Source of the DNA: Bacteroidota bacterium
Lineage (GTDB): Bacteria; Bacteroidota; Bacteroidia; NS11-12g; UBA955
Assembly (NCBI GenBank): GCA_005788145.1
Contig: SXYY01000057.1
Coordinates: forward strand, 1-41,257
Length of the DNA: 41,257 nt
Reading direction: 5' to 3'
Position 1 is the stretch's first letter. Each line of letters opens with the position of its first letter. Below, one piece after another: positions 9,611 to 18,665 of this stretch. A model generated the notes under the pieces. That model saw nothing but the letters and a program-made list of their open reading frames with translations, did not search any database and was not told the origin of the DNA. The position numbers were made by a program, and so were the translations under genes.

Positions 9611-9877
9611 ATGAGTCGTTGTAATTTGCAATTGAATCAGCATTTACAGCAAGAGATGACACTTCGTTGCCAACAATTGGATAAACGTATTTTATCATGG
9701 GGGCTGGCTTCGCCAGCCCTACATGCGTTGGTATCGCTGAATATTAAAACGGTGGAGGATTTGCTATCGTGCACGCGTGCAGAAGTTGCAGCAGCCCATG
9801 GGATGGGTTATACGGGCTTGCAGCGCATTGAGACAGGATTGTTGTCGTTGGGAATCAACTGGAACCAATCAGCTTAG
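9611..9877 (+). CDS. Stand-alone RNA polymerase alpha-CTD-like (HhH) domain protein
   Basis: LASPALHALVSLNIKTVEDLLSCTRAEVAAAHGMGYTGLQRI matches the alpha-CTD-like pattern. Confidence 0.7.
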   Translation: MSRCNLQLNQHLQQEMTLRCQQLDKRILSWGLASPALHALVSLNIKTVEDLLSCTRAEVAAAHGMGYTGLQRIETGLLSLGINWNQSA

Positions 9878-9900
9878 TTGGGATGAGTACAGTTTAAAAC

Positions 9901-9928
9901 AAAAAAAGACGGCCTCGGCCGTCTTTTT
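9901..9928. terminator. Bidirectional terminator between convergent genes
   Basis: AAAAAAAGACGGCC-TC-GGCCGTCTTTTT. Confidence 0.88.
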
Positions 9929-9950
9929 AAATATCTAGTAACTTTTGGAC

Positions 9951-10205
9951 TTACGCCAAAGAGTTCACATGCTTCTGCAGACTTGACTTCAAGTTGCCAG
10001 CTTTGTTCTTATGGATTACATTGCGCTTGGCCAATTTGTCCAAAGCAGAGAAAGCGTTTGTCAACAACTTCAATGCCTCGTCTTTGGTGGTTGCCTTGCG
10101 AATGGTCTTCACGATATTACGAGCAGTCTTGTGCTGGTAGCGGTTGAGATCACGCTTGGCAGCGTTGGCTCTGATTCTTTTGATTGAGGACTTATGATTT
10201 GCCAT
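9951..10205 (-). CDS. rpsT: 30S ribosomal protein S20
   Basis: MANHKSSIKRIR...IHKNKA; TATCTTTG box at 10231-10224. Confidence 0.97.
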   Translation of the reverse strand: MANHKSSIKRIRANAAKRDLNRYQHKTARNIVKTIRKATTKDEALKLLTNAFSALDKLAKRNVIHKNKAGNLKSSLQKHVNSLA

Positions 10206-10270
10206 TTCTATTAAAAAGGACTGCAAAGATAACCAAATGCAATGAATTCAACAAGACATTTCAAAATTTA

Positions 10271-10600
10271 TCAATCATTTTCTGAAGCGAGTTGAACCTT
10301 TAGTCCTTCCATATCTGACGATAGGTGCAATTGGCAACCCAAACGACTGTTGGTTTTGACAAAAAAAGCTTGGTCCAACATCCCCAACTCATCCTCTGTG
10401 GGCTCTGGCAGCGCATGATCGCTGAGGATGTATACCTGGCAAGTGGCACACATCGCCATTCCGCCACATTCACCTTTTACGGGCAATTCTACGGCCCTGC
10501 AAAAATCCATTAAATTCAGCCCCATATCCGTGGGCGCTTCGTAGGTATTTTCTACGCCATCGCGGTCAATAATATGGATGGATATGAGAGAATTTTCCAT
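10271..10600 (-). CDS. 2Fe-2S ferredoxin (adrenodoxin/Fdx type)
   Basis: CGGMAMCATC...SRLGCQ; ATG 10600. Confidence 0.92.
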   Translation of the reverse strand: MENSLISIHIIDRDGVENTYEAPTDMGLNLMDFCRAVELPVKGECGGMAMCATCQVYILSDHALPEPTEDELGMLDQAFFVKTNSRLGCQLHLSSDMEGLKVQLASEND

Positions 10601-10602
10601 GG

Positions 10603-11247
10603 TTAACGCAAATGGGTGAGGTGGTCTAGGCTGTTTTTGATTTTGATGCGATAATGGTTTTCGTGGTTGTGTTTTTCTACCACATACAAACAAACGTTAT
10701 CGTGTTCAAAATCATCCATTTGTTGCAAGGGTGTGTTGGTGAGCAAACATAAAAATCCACGCAATGCCCTGCCGTGCATACAAATCAATACGGGATTTTC
10801 GCTGACACTTTCAATTTTTTTCAGGGCTAGTTTTTGGCGCTTTTGCATGGCCAATGGCGTTTCTCCGCCGTTGATGGCTTGGTTTAGTTCGCCATTTCTC
10901 CATCGCTGCAACATCGCATAGAATTCTGATCGCGAATGTTCGCTCGGTTGCTGTCCTTCAAGGATTCCCCAATTGATCTCATTGAGTTCAGAGATTACAT
11001 GCGTTGGAATTTTCAGTGGTGCAAAGGGCGCTACGGTCTGATGGGTACGCTTTAGTGAGCTTACATAAATGCGTTGAAATGGGATGTGTTTGTAGGCCTG
11101 AAAGAATGCATCGGCCTGTTGTTGTCCCAGTTCGTTGATATCAGTGTCTACCCCAGAACCCTGTACAATTCCCATGCGGTTGTAATGGGTTTCCCCATGC
11201 CGAATGATGTACATTGTTTTTATGGCGGGGGAGGGTGAACTTTGCAT
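10603..11247 (-). CDS. Histidine phosphatase / phosphoglycerate mutase family protein
   Basis: RHGET, SSLKRTHQT, LNEINWG and HG motifs; TATATTTG box at 11292-11285. Confidence 0.9.
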   Translation of the reverse strand: MQSSPSPAIKTMYIIRHGETHYNRMGIVQGSGVDTDINELGQQQADAFFQAYKHIPFQRIYVSSLKRTHQTVAPFAPLKIPTHVISELNEINWGILEGQQPSEHSRSEFYAMLQRWRNGELNQAINGGETPLAMQKRQKLALKKIESVSENPVLICMHGRALRGFLCLLTNTPLQQMDDFEHDNVCLYVVEKHNHENHYRIKIKNSLDHLTHLR

Positions 11248-11277
11248 GGTTAAAAGACGGTGATGGAACGGCCAACG

Positions 11278-12354
11278 ATGGGTGCAAATATACAACAGGG
11301 GATGGCGATTTATCGTAAGCCCCAAGGCACTTTGCCTGAATTTTCCATCGGCAATTGGTGCGCATTACCGGCAAATGCTGCGTTTTCAGCGGATACATTC
11401 TGTCTTCAGCCTTTTGATAGAACCCGTGATTTGGAGATATTGGAAGTCGCACAGCGCGGTCAGGGTTGGGATGATTGTAATCAGGTTTGGATGCGTTTCA
11501 GCAGTCAGGTTTCGTCTGATTTCCCCCCAAAATCCACGCCAGAGTCCGAATTTGTCTCAGAAGTTTTGGGTATACAGCAGGCCATCGCATCAAAGCGCAT
11601 AGACAAAGCGGTCGCAGCCCGATCCCTATCGGTACCTCAGCCCATGGATTTTCATCAACTCTGGCAATCATTTCGGCAATTGCACGAAGCCTATCCTGCG
11701 GCATTTGTTTTTATATTGATTCATCCGCAATGGGGCTGTTGGATGGGGGCATCGCCAGAAACGTTGTTGCGCGCCGAAAATGGGGAGGCGGTTGTCATGT
11801 CGCTGGCTGGAACCCTGACGGAAGATCAAGGTGGTTGGACGTCAAAGGAGGCTTTGGAGCAATCGGTGACCAGTACCTTTGTCAAGGAGGTTCTCGCGGC
11901 CCAGCAAATTCAAGGCGCATCGGAATCTCAAGTGGGTGAATTGCAAATGGGCAACATCAAACATTTGATGTCGGAATGGCACTTCAAACTCCCATTGCCT
12001 GCTGCTACAGTACTGTTTGATGGCGCGATTGGCGGGTCAGGAAATCTCTTGATGAAACTTGTCGCCCAATTGCATCCAACCCCTGCTGTGGGCGGGTATC
12101 CCCAGGATGCGGCGTTGCACTGGTTGCAAGACAATGAGTCGTTGAACAGGGCGTTGTATTCGGGTTTTGTGGGTGTGCTGGGTTTACAGAAAGCCGACTT
12201 GTTTGTGACATTGCGCTGTGCCCAATTGTTTCAAAGCGGTTACACTTTGTATGCAGGGTGTGGTGTGAATGCGGGTTCAGATCCAAGCGTTGAATGGAAA
12301 GAAACTGCGGCCAAAATGGACCTTGTAGGAAAGTACTTACAATCTATTACTTGA
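11278..12354 (+). CDS. menF: Isochorismate synthase-like chorismate-binding enzyme
   Basis: GASPE, SLAGT, LHPTPAVGG, LYAGCG and EWKET motifs; start uncertain (11260-11302). Confidence 0.75.
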   Translation: MGANIQQGMAIYRKPQGTLPEFSIGNWCALPANAAFSADTFCLQPFDRTRDLEILEVAQRGQGWDDCNQVWMRFSSQVSSDFPPKSTPESEFVSEVLGIQQAIASKRIDKAVAARSLSVPQPMDFHQLWQSFRQLHEAYPAAFVFILIHPQWGCWMGASPETLLRAENGEAVVMSLAGTLTEDQGGWTSKEALEQSVTSTFVKEVLAAQQIQGASESQVGELQMGNIKHLMSEWHFKLPLPAATVLFDGAIGGSGNLLMKLVAQLHPTPAVGGYPQDAALHWLQDNESLNRALYSGFVGVLGLQKADLFVTLRCAQLFQSGYTLYAGCGVNAGSDPSVEWKETAAKMDLVGKYLQSIT

Positions 12355-12441
12355 TGAGGCTTTGGTTGCTTAAACCAGCAGCTGCTGGATTGGCCAATGG
12401 TTTGATATCGGGACCCAAGTGCCACGGAAAAAGGGGTTGAT

Positions 12442-13380
12442 TTAACGAAAAATGGTTGGGTTGGGAATGCCTTGTCCGAAATCCGTCGCTTCCAAAGGTT
12501 CCCGTGTAAAGATGCCACGTTTGGAGGGTTTGTAGCCGGAATAATCACCCGTGGGAATGTAGTAATAGACATTGCCATCCGCAGCGGGGAATGCAGGGCC
12601 AATTTCATCGAACACAATGGTTTTTTGTTCTTCTTCGTACCGCATGAGGATGCGTGAGGATTTGTGGTATTCGAAAATCACGCGGTGGTCCTCAGAGGGA
12701 TCTTCCAGTCCGTCGCGAAACAAGGGTGCACCCCAAAAGGGTTTGAGGGCTTTTGGGTCGGCCGCTTCCCCATCGGGTTCAAAACTGAGCACATCAATGA
12801 TGGAACGATTGGAGTTGGGGTTATGTCCATCGAAAAGCATCACCACGTAATACTGTTTTTTCTTGATTTTGTGGGGGATGATTTGGTAGTACAACCCGCC
12901 GATCCACTGGCTATTTTCCAGGGTTGTTTCTTTGGCGTCTTTGGGCAGGTTTTGGGCCGTATCGTGGAGTGTATACAGGGCGATGCCCGCTTTGGTTTTG
13001 TGTTGAATTACGCCGTAGTGGTGAAATACGCCATTCTTGAGGATGATGTTGTAGGTGAACAATCGCACATCCGATTTGGGGTGTGATGCGATGGCTACGG
13101 TGCTCATTCTCAGGTTGGCGAATTCGTGGTCGAAGGAGGCTGGGTTCGACAGGACATCCATCAAGGTTTGTTGCAACTGAACAGCCACAGCAAATTTGGC
13201 TGAGTCTGTGGACGCACTAATGACCAAGGGGGCCACTTTCAAGAGGCTATCCTCTTGGTCGGCAAGGGATGTGAAAGGTGCAACAGGACTGTCAGCGCCT
13301 TGGGCCTGCGCAAATGCGCAAGTGCCCAAGGCGACCATCAGCGTAAATACGCGGTGTATTGAAAGCAGTTTGTACCGCAT
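12442..13380 (-). CDS. Exported hypothetical protein
   Basis: Signal peptide AFA|Q; 312-aa ORF co-oriented directly downstream of the thiolase. Confidence 0.7.
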   Translation of the reverse strand: MRYKLLSIHRVFTLMVALGTCAFAQAQGADSPVAPFTSLADQEDSLLKVAPLVISASTDSAKFAVAVQLQQTLMDVLSNPASFDHEFANLRMSTVAIASHPKSDVRLFTYNIILKNGVFHHYGVIQHKTKAGIALYTLHDTAQNLPKDAKETTLENSQWIGGLYYQIIPHKIKKKQYYVVMLFDGHNPNSNRSIIDVLSFEPDGEAADPKALKPFWGAPLFRDGLEDPSEDHRVIFEYHKSSRILMRYEEEQKTIVFDEIGPAFPAADGNVYYYIPTGDYSGYKPSKRGIFTREPLEATDFGQGIPNPTIFR

Positions 13381-13403
13381 AAATGAGATCTATTTGGGTT
13401 GGC

Positions 13404-14582
13404 TTAGCAGTTTTCAACCACAACAGCGCTGGCACCGCCACCGCCGTTGCAGATGGCTGCGCCACCGTATTTGCCGTTGTTTTGCTTGAGCACATGCAAC
13501 AATGTAACCAAAATGCGCGCTCCTGAAGCACCCAATGGATGTCCCAAAGCAACCGCACCACCGTTCACATTCACTTTGCTGGCGTCAAGGTTCAACAACT
13601 TGTTGTTGGCCAAGGATACAACGGAGAAAGCTTCATTTAATTCTACAAAATCCAAATCCGCAACGGAAATGCCTGCGCGTTGAGCGGCAATCGGTAGTGC
13701 TTTGGCAGGGGTGGTGGTAAACCACTCTGGGCTTTGTTCAGCATCGGCAAAACCGATGAGCTTCGCCAATGGAGTTAAGCCCAATTCTTTGCATTTTTCG
13801 CCACTAACCAACACCAAAGCAGCGCCACCATCGTTGATGGTAGAGGCGTTGGCCGCGGTTACGGTGCCGTCTTTTTGGAAAACGGGACGCAAACCGGGGA
13901 TTTTGTCGAAACTGACATTTTTATATTCTTCGTCTTCGCTCACAACCACTTCGCCTTTGCGGGTTTGGATGGTTACAGGCACGATTTCGTCATTGAATTT
14001 TCCGGCCTTCCACGCTTCGGCGGCGCGGGTATAACTTTGGATGGCGTATTGGTCTTGGTCTTCGCGGGAGAAGTTCATTTCCTTGGCGCACAATTCGGCA
14101 CAAGTTCCCATCAAGCTCTTTTCATAGGCATCAGTCAATCCATCGTGGACAATTCCATCCAAGGCTTGCACATGTCCATAGCGGTATCCGCTGCGCGAAT
14201 TCGGTAAATAGTGTGGGGTAAGGCTCATGTTTTCCATTCCACCCGCTACAACGATATCGTTCAAGCCCAACATGATGCTTTGCGCAGCCAATGAAACCGC
14301 TTTCAATCCACTTGCACACACTTTGTTGATGGTGGTGGCGGGAACGTGGTCACCGATACCTGCAAATTTTGATGCCTGTCGGGCCGGTGCTTGTCCCACA
14401 CCCGCTTGTAACACACAGCCCATGAATACTTCATTCACGAGATTGGGATCGATGCCTGCTTTTTCAAGGGCTCCTTTGATGGCGATGGCGCCCAACTGGG
14501 TGGCTGGAACGCTGGAAAGTGCGCCGTTAAAACTCCCCATGGGGGTTCTGGCTGCCGCTACGATGAAAACTTCTTTTGTCAT
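13404..14582 (-). CDS. Acetyl-CoA C-acetyltransferase (thiolase)
   Basis: NKVCASG, NEAF, GHPLGASG and CNGGG motifs; ATG 14582; TATCTTTG box at 14604-14597. Confidence 0.95.
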   Translation of the reverse strand: MTKEVFIVAAARTPMGSFNGALSSVPATQLGAIAIKGALEKAGIDPNLVNEVFMGCVLQAGVGQAPARQASKFAGIGDHVPATTINKVCASGLKAVSLAAQSIMLGLNDIVVAGGMENMSLTPHYLPNSRSGYRYGHVQALDGIVHDGLTDAYEKSLMGTCAELCAKEMNFSREDQDQYAIQSYTRAAEAWKAGKFNDEIVPVTIQTRKGEVVVSEDEEYKNVSFDKIPGLRPVFQKDGTVTAANASTINDGGAALVLVSGEKCKELGLTPLAKLIGFADAEQSPEWFTTTPAKALPIAAQRAGISVADLDFVELNEAFSVVSLANNKLLNLDASKVNVNGGAVALGHPLGASGARILVTLLHVLKQNNGKYGGAAICNGGGGASAVVVENC

Positions 14583-14692
14583 AAACGCTAACACCACAAA
14601 GATACGGGTTTGCGGATAATCGATGCCAATTGGCCATTGGTTAATGGCGTTTGTCGGATAATGGTTTAGTTTTGTGCGGTAATTGTTCGTGT

Positions 14693-15367
14693 ATGATTGT
14701 TTTGATTGAGTCATCGGCTGAATTTCCATCGGTTTCCCTTTGTGATGAGCGTGGTTTGCTGCTATGGGATGAAGTGGGAACAGAGCGACAATCACATGCA
14801 GAAAAGTTGCCCATGATGGTGCAGCGAGCCATCGATTTTGCGCGGACTGCAGGCAGGCAGGTCACGGGTGTTGCTTTTCAGGAAGGTCCGGGAAGTTACA
14901 CAGGGTTGCGGATAGGGGTGAGTTTGGCGAAGGGCTTGTGTTATGGGCTGTCGGTGCCTTTGATTTCTGTTTCAGGATTTGTTTGTTTGGCGATGGCAGC
15001 GTTGGAAAATCATCCGAGTTGCACGGAGGCATGGGTGATGATGGATGCGCGCAGAGACGAAGTGTATGCCTTGAGAGCAATACGAGGGGTTGGCGCGATG
15101 GGCGGGGTTACGGCCGAGATATTGCCATCTGAGCGGGTGGTTGGCTATGGTCCTCACACGGTCTTTGTGGGCAATGCCAACGAGAAGGTTCAGCGGTTGT
15201 TGGCGGCGGAGGATGCCGTGTTTTGGGATGAATCGCCCAGGGCATCGCACATGGCAAGAATGGCGGCAGATTGTTTTCAGCGGGGTGAATTTGTGGATTT
15301 GGCGTATTATGAGCCTTTTTATTTGAAAGATTTTGTGGCTGGGGTGAGCAAGAAATTTAGTTTGTAG
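14693..15367 (+). CDS. tsaB: tRNA t6A37 biosynthesis protein TsaB
   Basis: SHAEKL, GPGSYTGLRIG, DARRDEVY and EPFYLK motifs; TAGTTTTG box at 14667-14674. Confidence 0.93.
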   Translation: MIVLIESSAEFPSVSLCDERGLLLWDEVGTERQSHAEKLPMMVQRAIDFARTAGRQVTGVAFQEGPGSYTGLRIGVSLAKGLCYGLSVPLISVSGFVCLAMAALENHPSCTEAWVMMDARRDEVYALRAIRGVGAMGGVTAEILPSERVVGYGPHTVFVGNANEKVQRLLAAEDAVFWDESPRASHMARMAADCFQRGEFVDLAYYEPFYLKDFVAGVSKKFSL

Positions 15368-15371
15368 GGAC

Positions 15372-15980
15372 ATGCGGGTTTTGTTCATCGATAATTTGGA
15401 CAGTTTTACTTTCAATGTGGTGCATTGTCTGGTGGTTGCCGGTGCGGAGGTTGAGGTGTTGCGCAACGAGGGTGAGGATTGGCTGGAGTTGGCAGAAAAA
15501 ATGGCAGGTTGTGATGCATGGGCGGTCGGCCCGGGACCGGGCCGACCGCAAGACTACCCCCATTTGATGAGGGCTATCACCCAATGGATGGGCAAGAAGC
15601 CACTGCTGGGTATCTGCCTTGGACAACAAGCCATCGCCCAAGCCTGTGGTTGGCAAATTGATCATGCATCCTATCCCATGCACGGGAAACCCTCCGTGAT
15701 TGATCACAACAGTCAAGGACTTTTTGAAGGATTGCCCCAGGCGCTACAAGTGGGTAGGTACCATTCATTGGTTGTGACATCGCCCAGTGATATTAGCCCA
15801 GTGAACATCGCCCTGAACATTGATGCCCGATGCAACCAAGAAATTATGGCGGTAAGCAATCCAGCAATGGGTGTTTGGGCCGTGCAGTTTCACCCTGAGA
15901 GTGTGCTGACACCGGAAGGACAGGCGATGATAAACCGTTGGGTGAAGTTGGCCGATGCGTTTAATCGCAAGAAAGTCTAG
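15372..15980 (+). CDS. Anthranilate/aminodeoxychorismate synthase component II (TrpG/PabA glutamine amidotransferase)
   Basis: IDN.DSFT, GPGPG, GICLGQQ, RYHSL and QFHPES motifs. Confidence 0.92.
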   Translation: MRVLFIDNLDSFTFNVVHCLVVAGAEVEVLRNEGEDWLELAEKMAGCDAWAVGPGPGRPQDYPHLMRAITQWMGKKPLLGICLGQQAIAQACGWQIDHASYPMHGKPSVIDHNSQGLFEGLPQALQVGRYHSLVVTSPSDISPVNIALNIDARCNQEIMAVSNPAMGVWAVQFHPESVLTPEGQAMINRWVKLADAFNRKKV

Positions 15981-17764
15981 GCCTTGTTGTTCAATCGCAG
16001 GGCAGATCGCACCGCATTGGCAATGTTCTCAGGCGCGTAGCCGCACAAAGGATACAAGTCGTTTTCGTTGTTGCCGTGTTCGATGAACTCGTTTGGAATC
16101 CCCAAATGGGCGTGGAATTTCGCAACATGGGCGTGTGCATTGGCTGCTGTTGTTTGTCCCCATCCCCCTTGAATACACCCGTCTTCCACAGTAATGATGT
16201 GACTGTAGGGATCGAGATTGATGCTACCATCGGCTATTTGGGTTGAAGTTTCGCTGAGTTTGGAGCAATGAAGGTGATCAAAAGCGAGATCTTGTAATGA
16301 AATATGGGCTTGTAAACACAAATTGCTCGCATGTCCGGTGCTGAGAAGAAGTACTTTGGCACTGGGCGATTGCATTAGCCACTGTGGTCGCAGCGCCTCG
16401 ATGGCTTTTTCTGTTGAATCAATCGTCCATTGGGTTTCTGTGATGTTTCCTTTGGGGTATCGAATGGCGATGGGTTTGTTGGCGGCGATGCCAAATTGCA
16501 TGGCTGCGGCGAGTTCGGCAGCGTTGCGCGGCGCAAAGAGGGTGGTATTGGGTACGCAAAGCAAAAAGGCGATGTCGAACGCACCGTGGTGGGTAGGTCC
16601 GTCTTCACCCACCAATCCTGCGCGGTCAATGCACAAAATTACGGGTAGGTTTTGTAGGGCGATGTCGTGAATGTATTGGTCGTAGCCGCGTTGCAGAAAC
16701 GAGGAGTAAATATTGACGATGGGAATGAGTCCTTGGGTGGACATACCAGCTGCGAAGGTGAGGGCGTGTTGTTCAGCGATGCCTACATCAAAGAATCGAT
16801 CTGGAAATTGATTCATGGCGTGAATCATCCCGCACGATGATGGCATTGCGGGTGTAATACCCGATAGGTTAGGGTATTTTTTTGCAAGTGCGACCAACAC
16901 ATCTCCAAACACATCTTGCCATTTTTTGGCGGGTTTTGAAGGCGTTTCAATTTTTACATATTTGGCTGCGCTATGCCATTTGGTTTGCTCCTGCTCGGCG
17001 GGAAGGTAGCCTTTGCCTTTGATGGTTTTGATATGCAACAGGCGAGGACCTTCTATGCTGTAACTTTTTGCCAGTGCGGGCATTAACTCACTGAGGTTGT
17101 TGCCGTCTACCGGACCTTGGTAAGCCAATCCAAACCACTCAAACCACGCTTTTATATCGGCGGGTTTGGCGCGCAGTTGTGTATTCAATGCCCCAGTATT
17201 GGGGTCGATGCCCATTTGGTTGTCGTTGAGGATAACCAAGACATTCAGGTTTGATTCAAACAAGTTATTTAAGGCTTCATAGGACAAGCCAGCGGTAAGT
17301 GCGCCATCACCTACAACAGCCACAAAGGTGGGTTTGTGGCTGTTGGCTGTGGGTTGAGTTTTTGTGAGGATGTTGTGTGCGGCGGCCATGCCCATGGCCG
17401 CCGAAATGGCCGTGCTTGAATGGCCCGTGCCAAATGCATCATAGCTGCTTTCGGTGATTTTGGGAAAGCCCGATATCCCCTTGAACGTTCGTATGCCACT
17501 GAGTTGATCTTTTCTGCCTGTCAATACCTTGTGGGGGTAGGCTTGATGACCTACATCCCAAACGATGGCATCTTCTGGAAAATTGATTGTGTGGTGGAGC
17601 GCAACGGTCAATTCTATGACGCCGAGGTTTGATGAAAAATGTCCGCCCGACTGAAGTACCGAATCTGAAACAAAGGCCCTTAATTCCTCACACAATTTTT
17701 CTAATGCTGAGAATGAGAAGTTTTTGATTTCGTTCGGTGAGGATATTTTTTGAAGTAGGTTCAA
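15977..17764 (-). CDS. dxs: 1-deoxy-D-xylulose-5-phosphate synthase
   Basis: WDVGHQAY, GDGA...NDN, GIAEQHA and GEDGPTH motifs; TTG 17764 preferred because a TATTTTTG box lies at 17794-17787. Confidence 0.96.
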   Translation of the reverse strand: MNLLQKISSPNEIKNFSFSALEKLCEELRAFVSDSVLQSGGHFSSNLGVIELTVALHHTINFPEDAIVWDVGHQAYPHKVLTGRKDQLSGIRTFKGISGFPKITESSYDAFGTGHSSTAISAAMGMAAAHNILTKTQPTANSHKPTFVAVVGDGALTAGLSYEALNNLFESNLNVLVILNDNQMGIDPNTGALNTQLRAKPADIKAWFEWFGLAYQGPVDGNNLSELMPALAKSYSIEGPRLLHIKTIKGKGYLPAEQEQTKWHSAAKYVKIETPSKPAKKWQDVFGDVLVALAKKYPNLSGITPAMPSSCGMIHAMNQFPDRFFDVGIAEQHALTFAAGMSTQGLIPIVNIYSSFLQRGYDQYIHDIALQNLPVILCIDRAGLVGEDGPTHHGAFDIAFLLCVPNTTLFAPRNAAELAAAMQFGIAANKPIAIRYPKGNITETQWTIDSTEKAIEALRPQWLMQSPSAKVLLLSTGHASNLCLQAHISLQDLAFDHLHCSKLSETSTQIADGSINLDPYSHIITVEDGCIQGGWGQTTAANAHAHVAKFHAHLGIPNEFIEHGNNENDLYPLCGYAPENIANAVRSALRLNNKA

Positions 17765-17809
17765 AGTTTTTTCGGGTGTGTATGCACAAAAATAGGGTGA
17801 TTTGTTGAG

Positions 17810-17977
17810 TGAATGTTCATGTGAATTTGTGGATGAAAGCATTGAATTTACCGATGAATTTAATCGTTAATGTTTAAATTCATCAATAATTTTTTATTTA
17901 ATTGATAAAATCAATAAAAAACAGACAGAAAAATTGCATTTTAATTTGGAAGTAAATTAGTGTATTTTGTAGTTTTG
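17810..17977. promoter_or_regulatory. AT-rich divergent control region with inverted repeats and a sigmaA promoter
   Basis: 11-bp IR GATGAATTTAA-N10-TTAAATTCATC (17853-17884); ATTGAT-N3-ATCAAT (17901-17915); TTTG (17945)-N21-TAGTTTTG (17970). Confidence 0.65.
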
Positions 17978-18031
17978 TTGCATGAAAACAAATTCTCGAA
18001 AGAAATTGTTTCAGAAAAACTCACAATAAAC

Positions 18032-18658
18032 ATGGAAAATATAGATAATTCTGTCGCGTCATTACCTAAAAAAAGGGGTAGAAAACCGGGTTCTAAGAAC
18101 AAGGTATCTTCAAAAAGAACATCAAAAAAAGTATCTTATTTGAGTGCGTTTTCAATTCTAGAACAGGAAATTCAGTCGCTTTCAAATGCTTTGAAAAAAG
18201 CCACCTTGAAGGCCGAAAAAGAAATTGAAAAATTAGAAAGGAAACAATCTCGTGAGGTAGAGAAAGTAAAAGCCAAGGCAGCAAAGTCATTGTCGTTGTG
18301 GAAAGCCCGAGCCAAAGCCAACTTGAAAAAAGGCAAAGTGAGCACCGGTCGCATTGGCCGTCCTGCCAAACCAAAAGCAGAAAAAGAAGCTAGGCGTAAA
18401 GGTAGACCACCCAAAACTGGCTACCGCAAAGGTGGCGGACGCAGAAAGGCGGGCGAACTAACCAAACGCGATATTATTTTGAATTATGTGAAAGAATTGA
18501 ACCAGCCCATCGCTTCGGGTGCCTTGATTTTGGCATTGTACGAGCGCAGCGGTGAGCGCGACAAAAAGCGTTTTTCACAAGGAATGTACACAACCCTGAC
18601 CCAAATGTATAAGGCAGGTTTGTTGAAGAAGGACGACGGTATCGTGTCCTTGCCATAA
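18032..18658 (+). CDS. Basic DNA-binding protein: AT-hook-like motifs, coiled coil and a putative C-terminal winged helix
   Basis: KKRGRKPGSKNK, RIGRPAK and RKGRPPK motifs; very Lys/Arg-rich; ATG 18032 downstream of the promoter. Confidence 0.7.
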   Translation: MENIDNSVASLPKKRGRKPGSKNKVSSKRTSKKVSYLSAFSILEQEIQSLSNALKKATLKAEKEIEKLERKQSREVEKVKAKAAKSLSLWKARAKANLKKGKVSTGRIGRPAKPKAEKEARRKGRPPKTGYRKGGGRRKAGELTKRDIILNYVKELNQPIASGALILALYERSGERDKKRFSQGMYTTLTQMYKAGLLKKDDGIVSLP

Positions 18659-18665
18659 TTTTTGG

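Noticed and set aside
17100-17230. Short linker region in Dxs as a deletion or pseudogene
   Set aside because: The frame is intact, all catalytic motifs are present, and this linker is variable in length among Dxs proteins
17902-17914. FNR/CRP-like box TTGAT...ATCAA
   Set aside because: The spacer is 3 nt, not the 4 nt required for an FNR site; kept only as an unassigned inverted repeat
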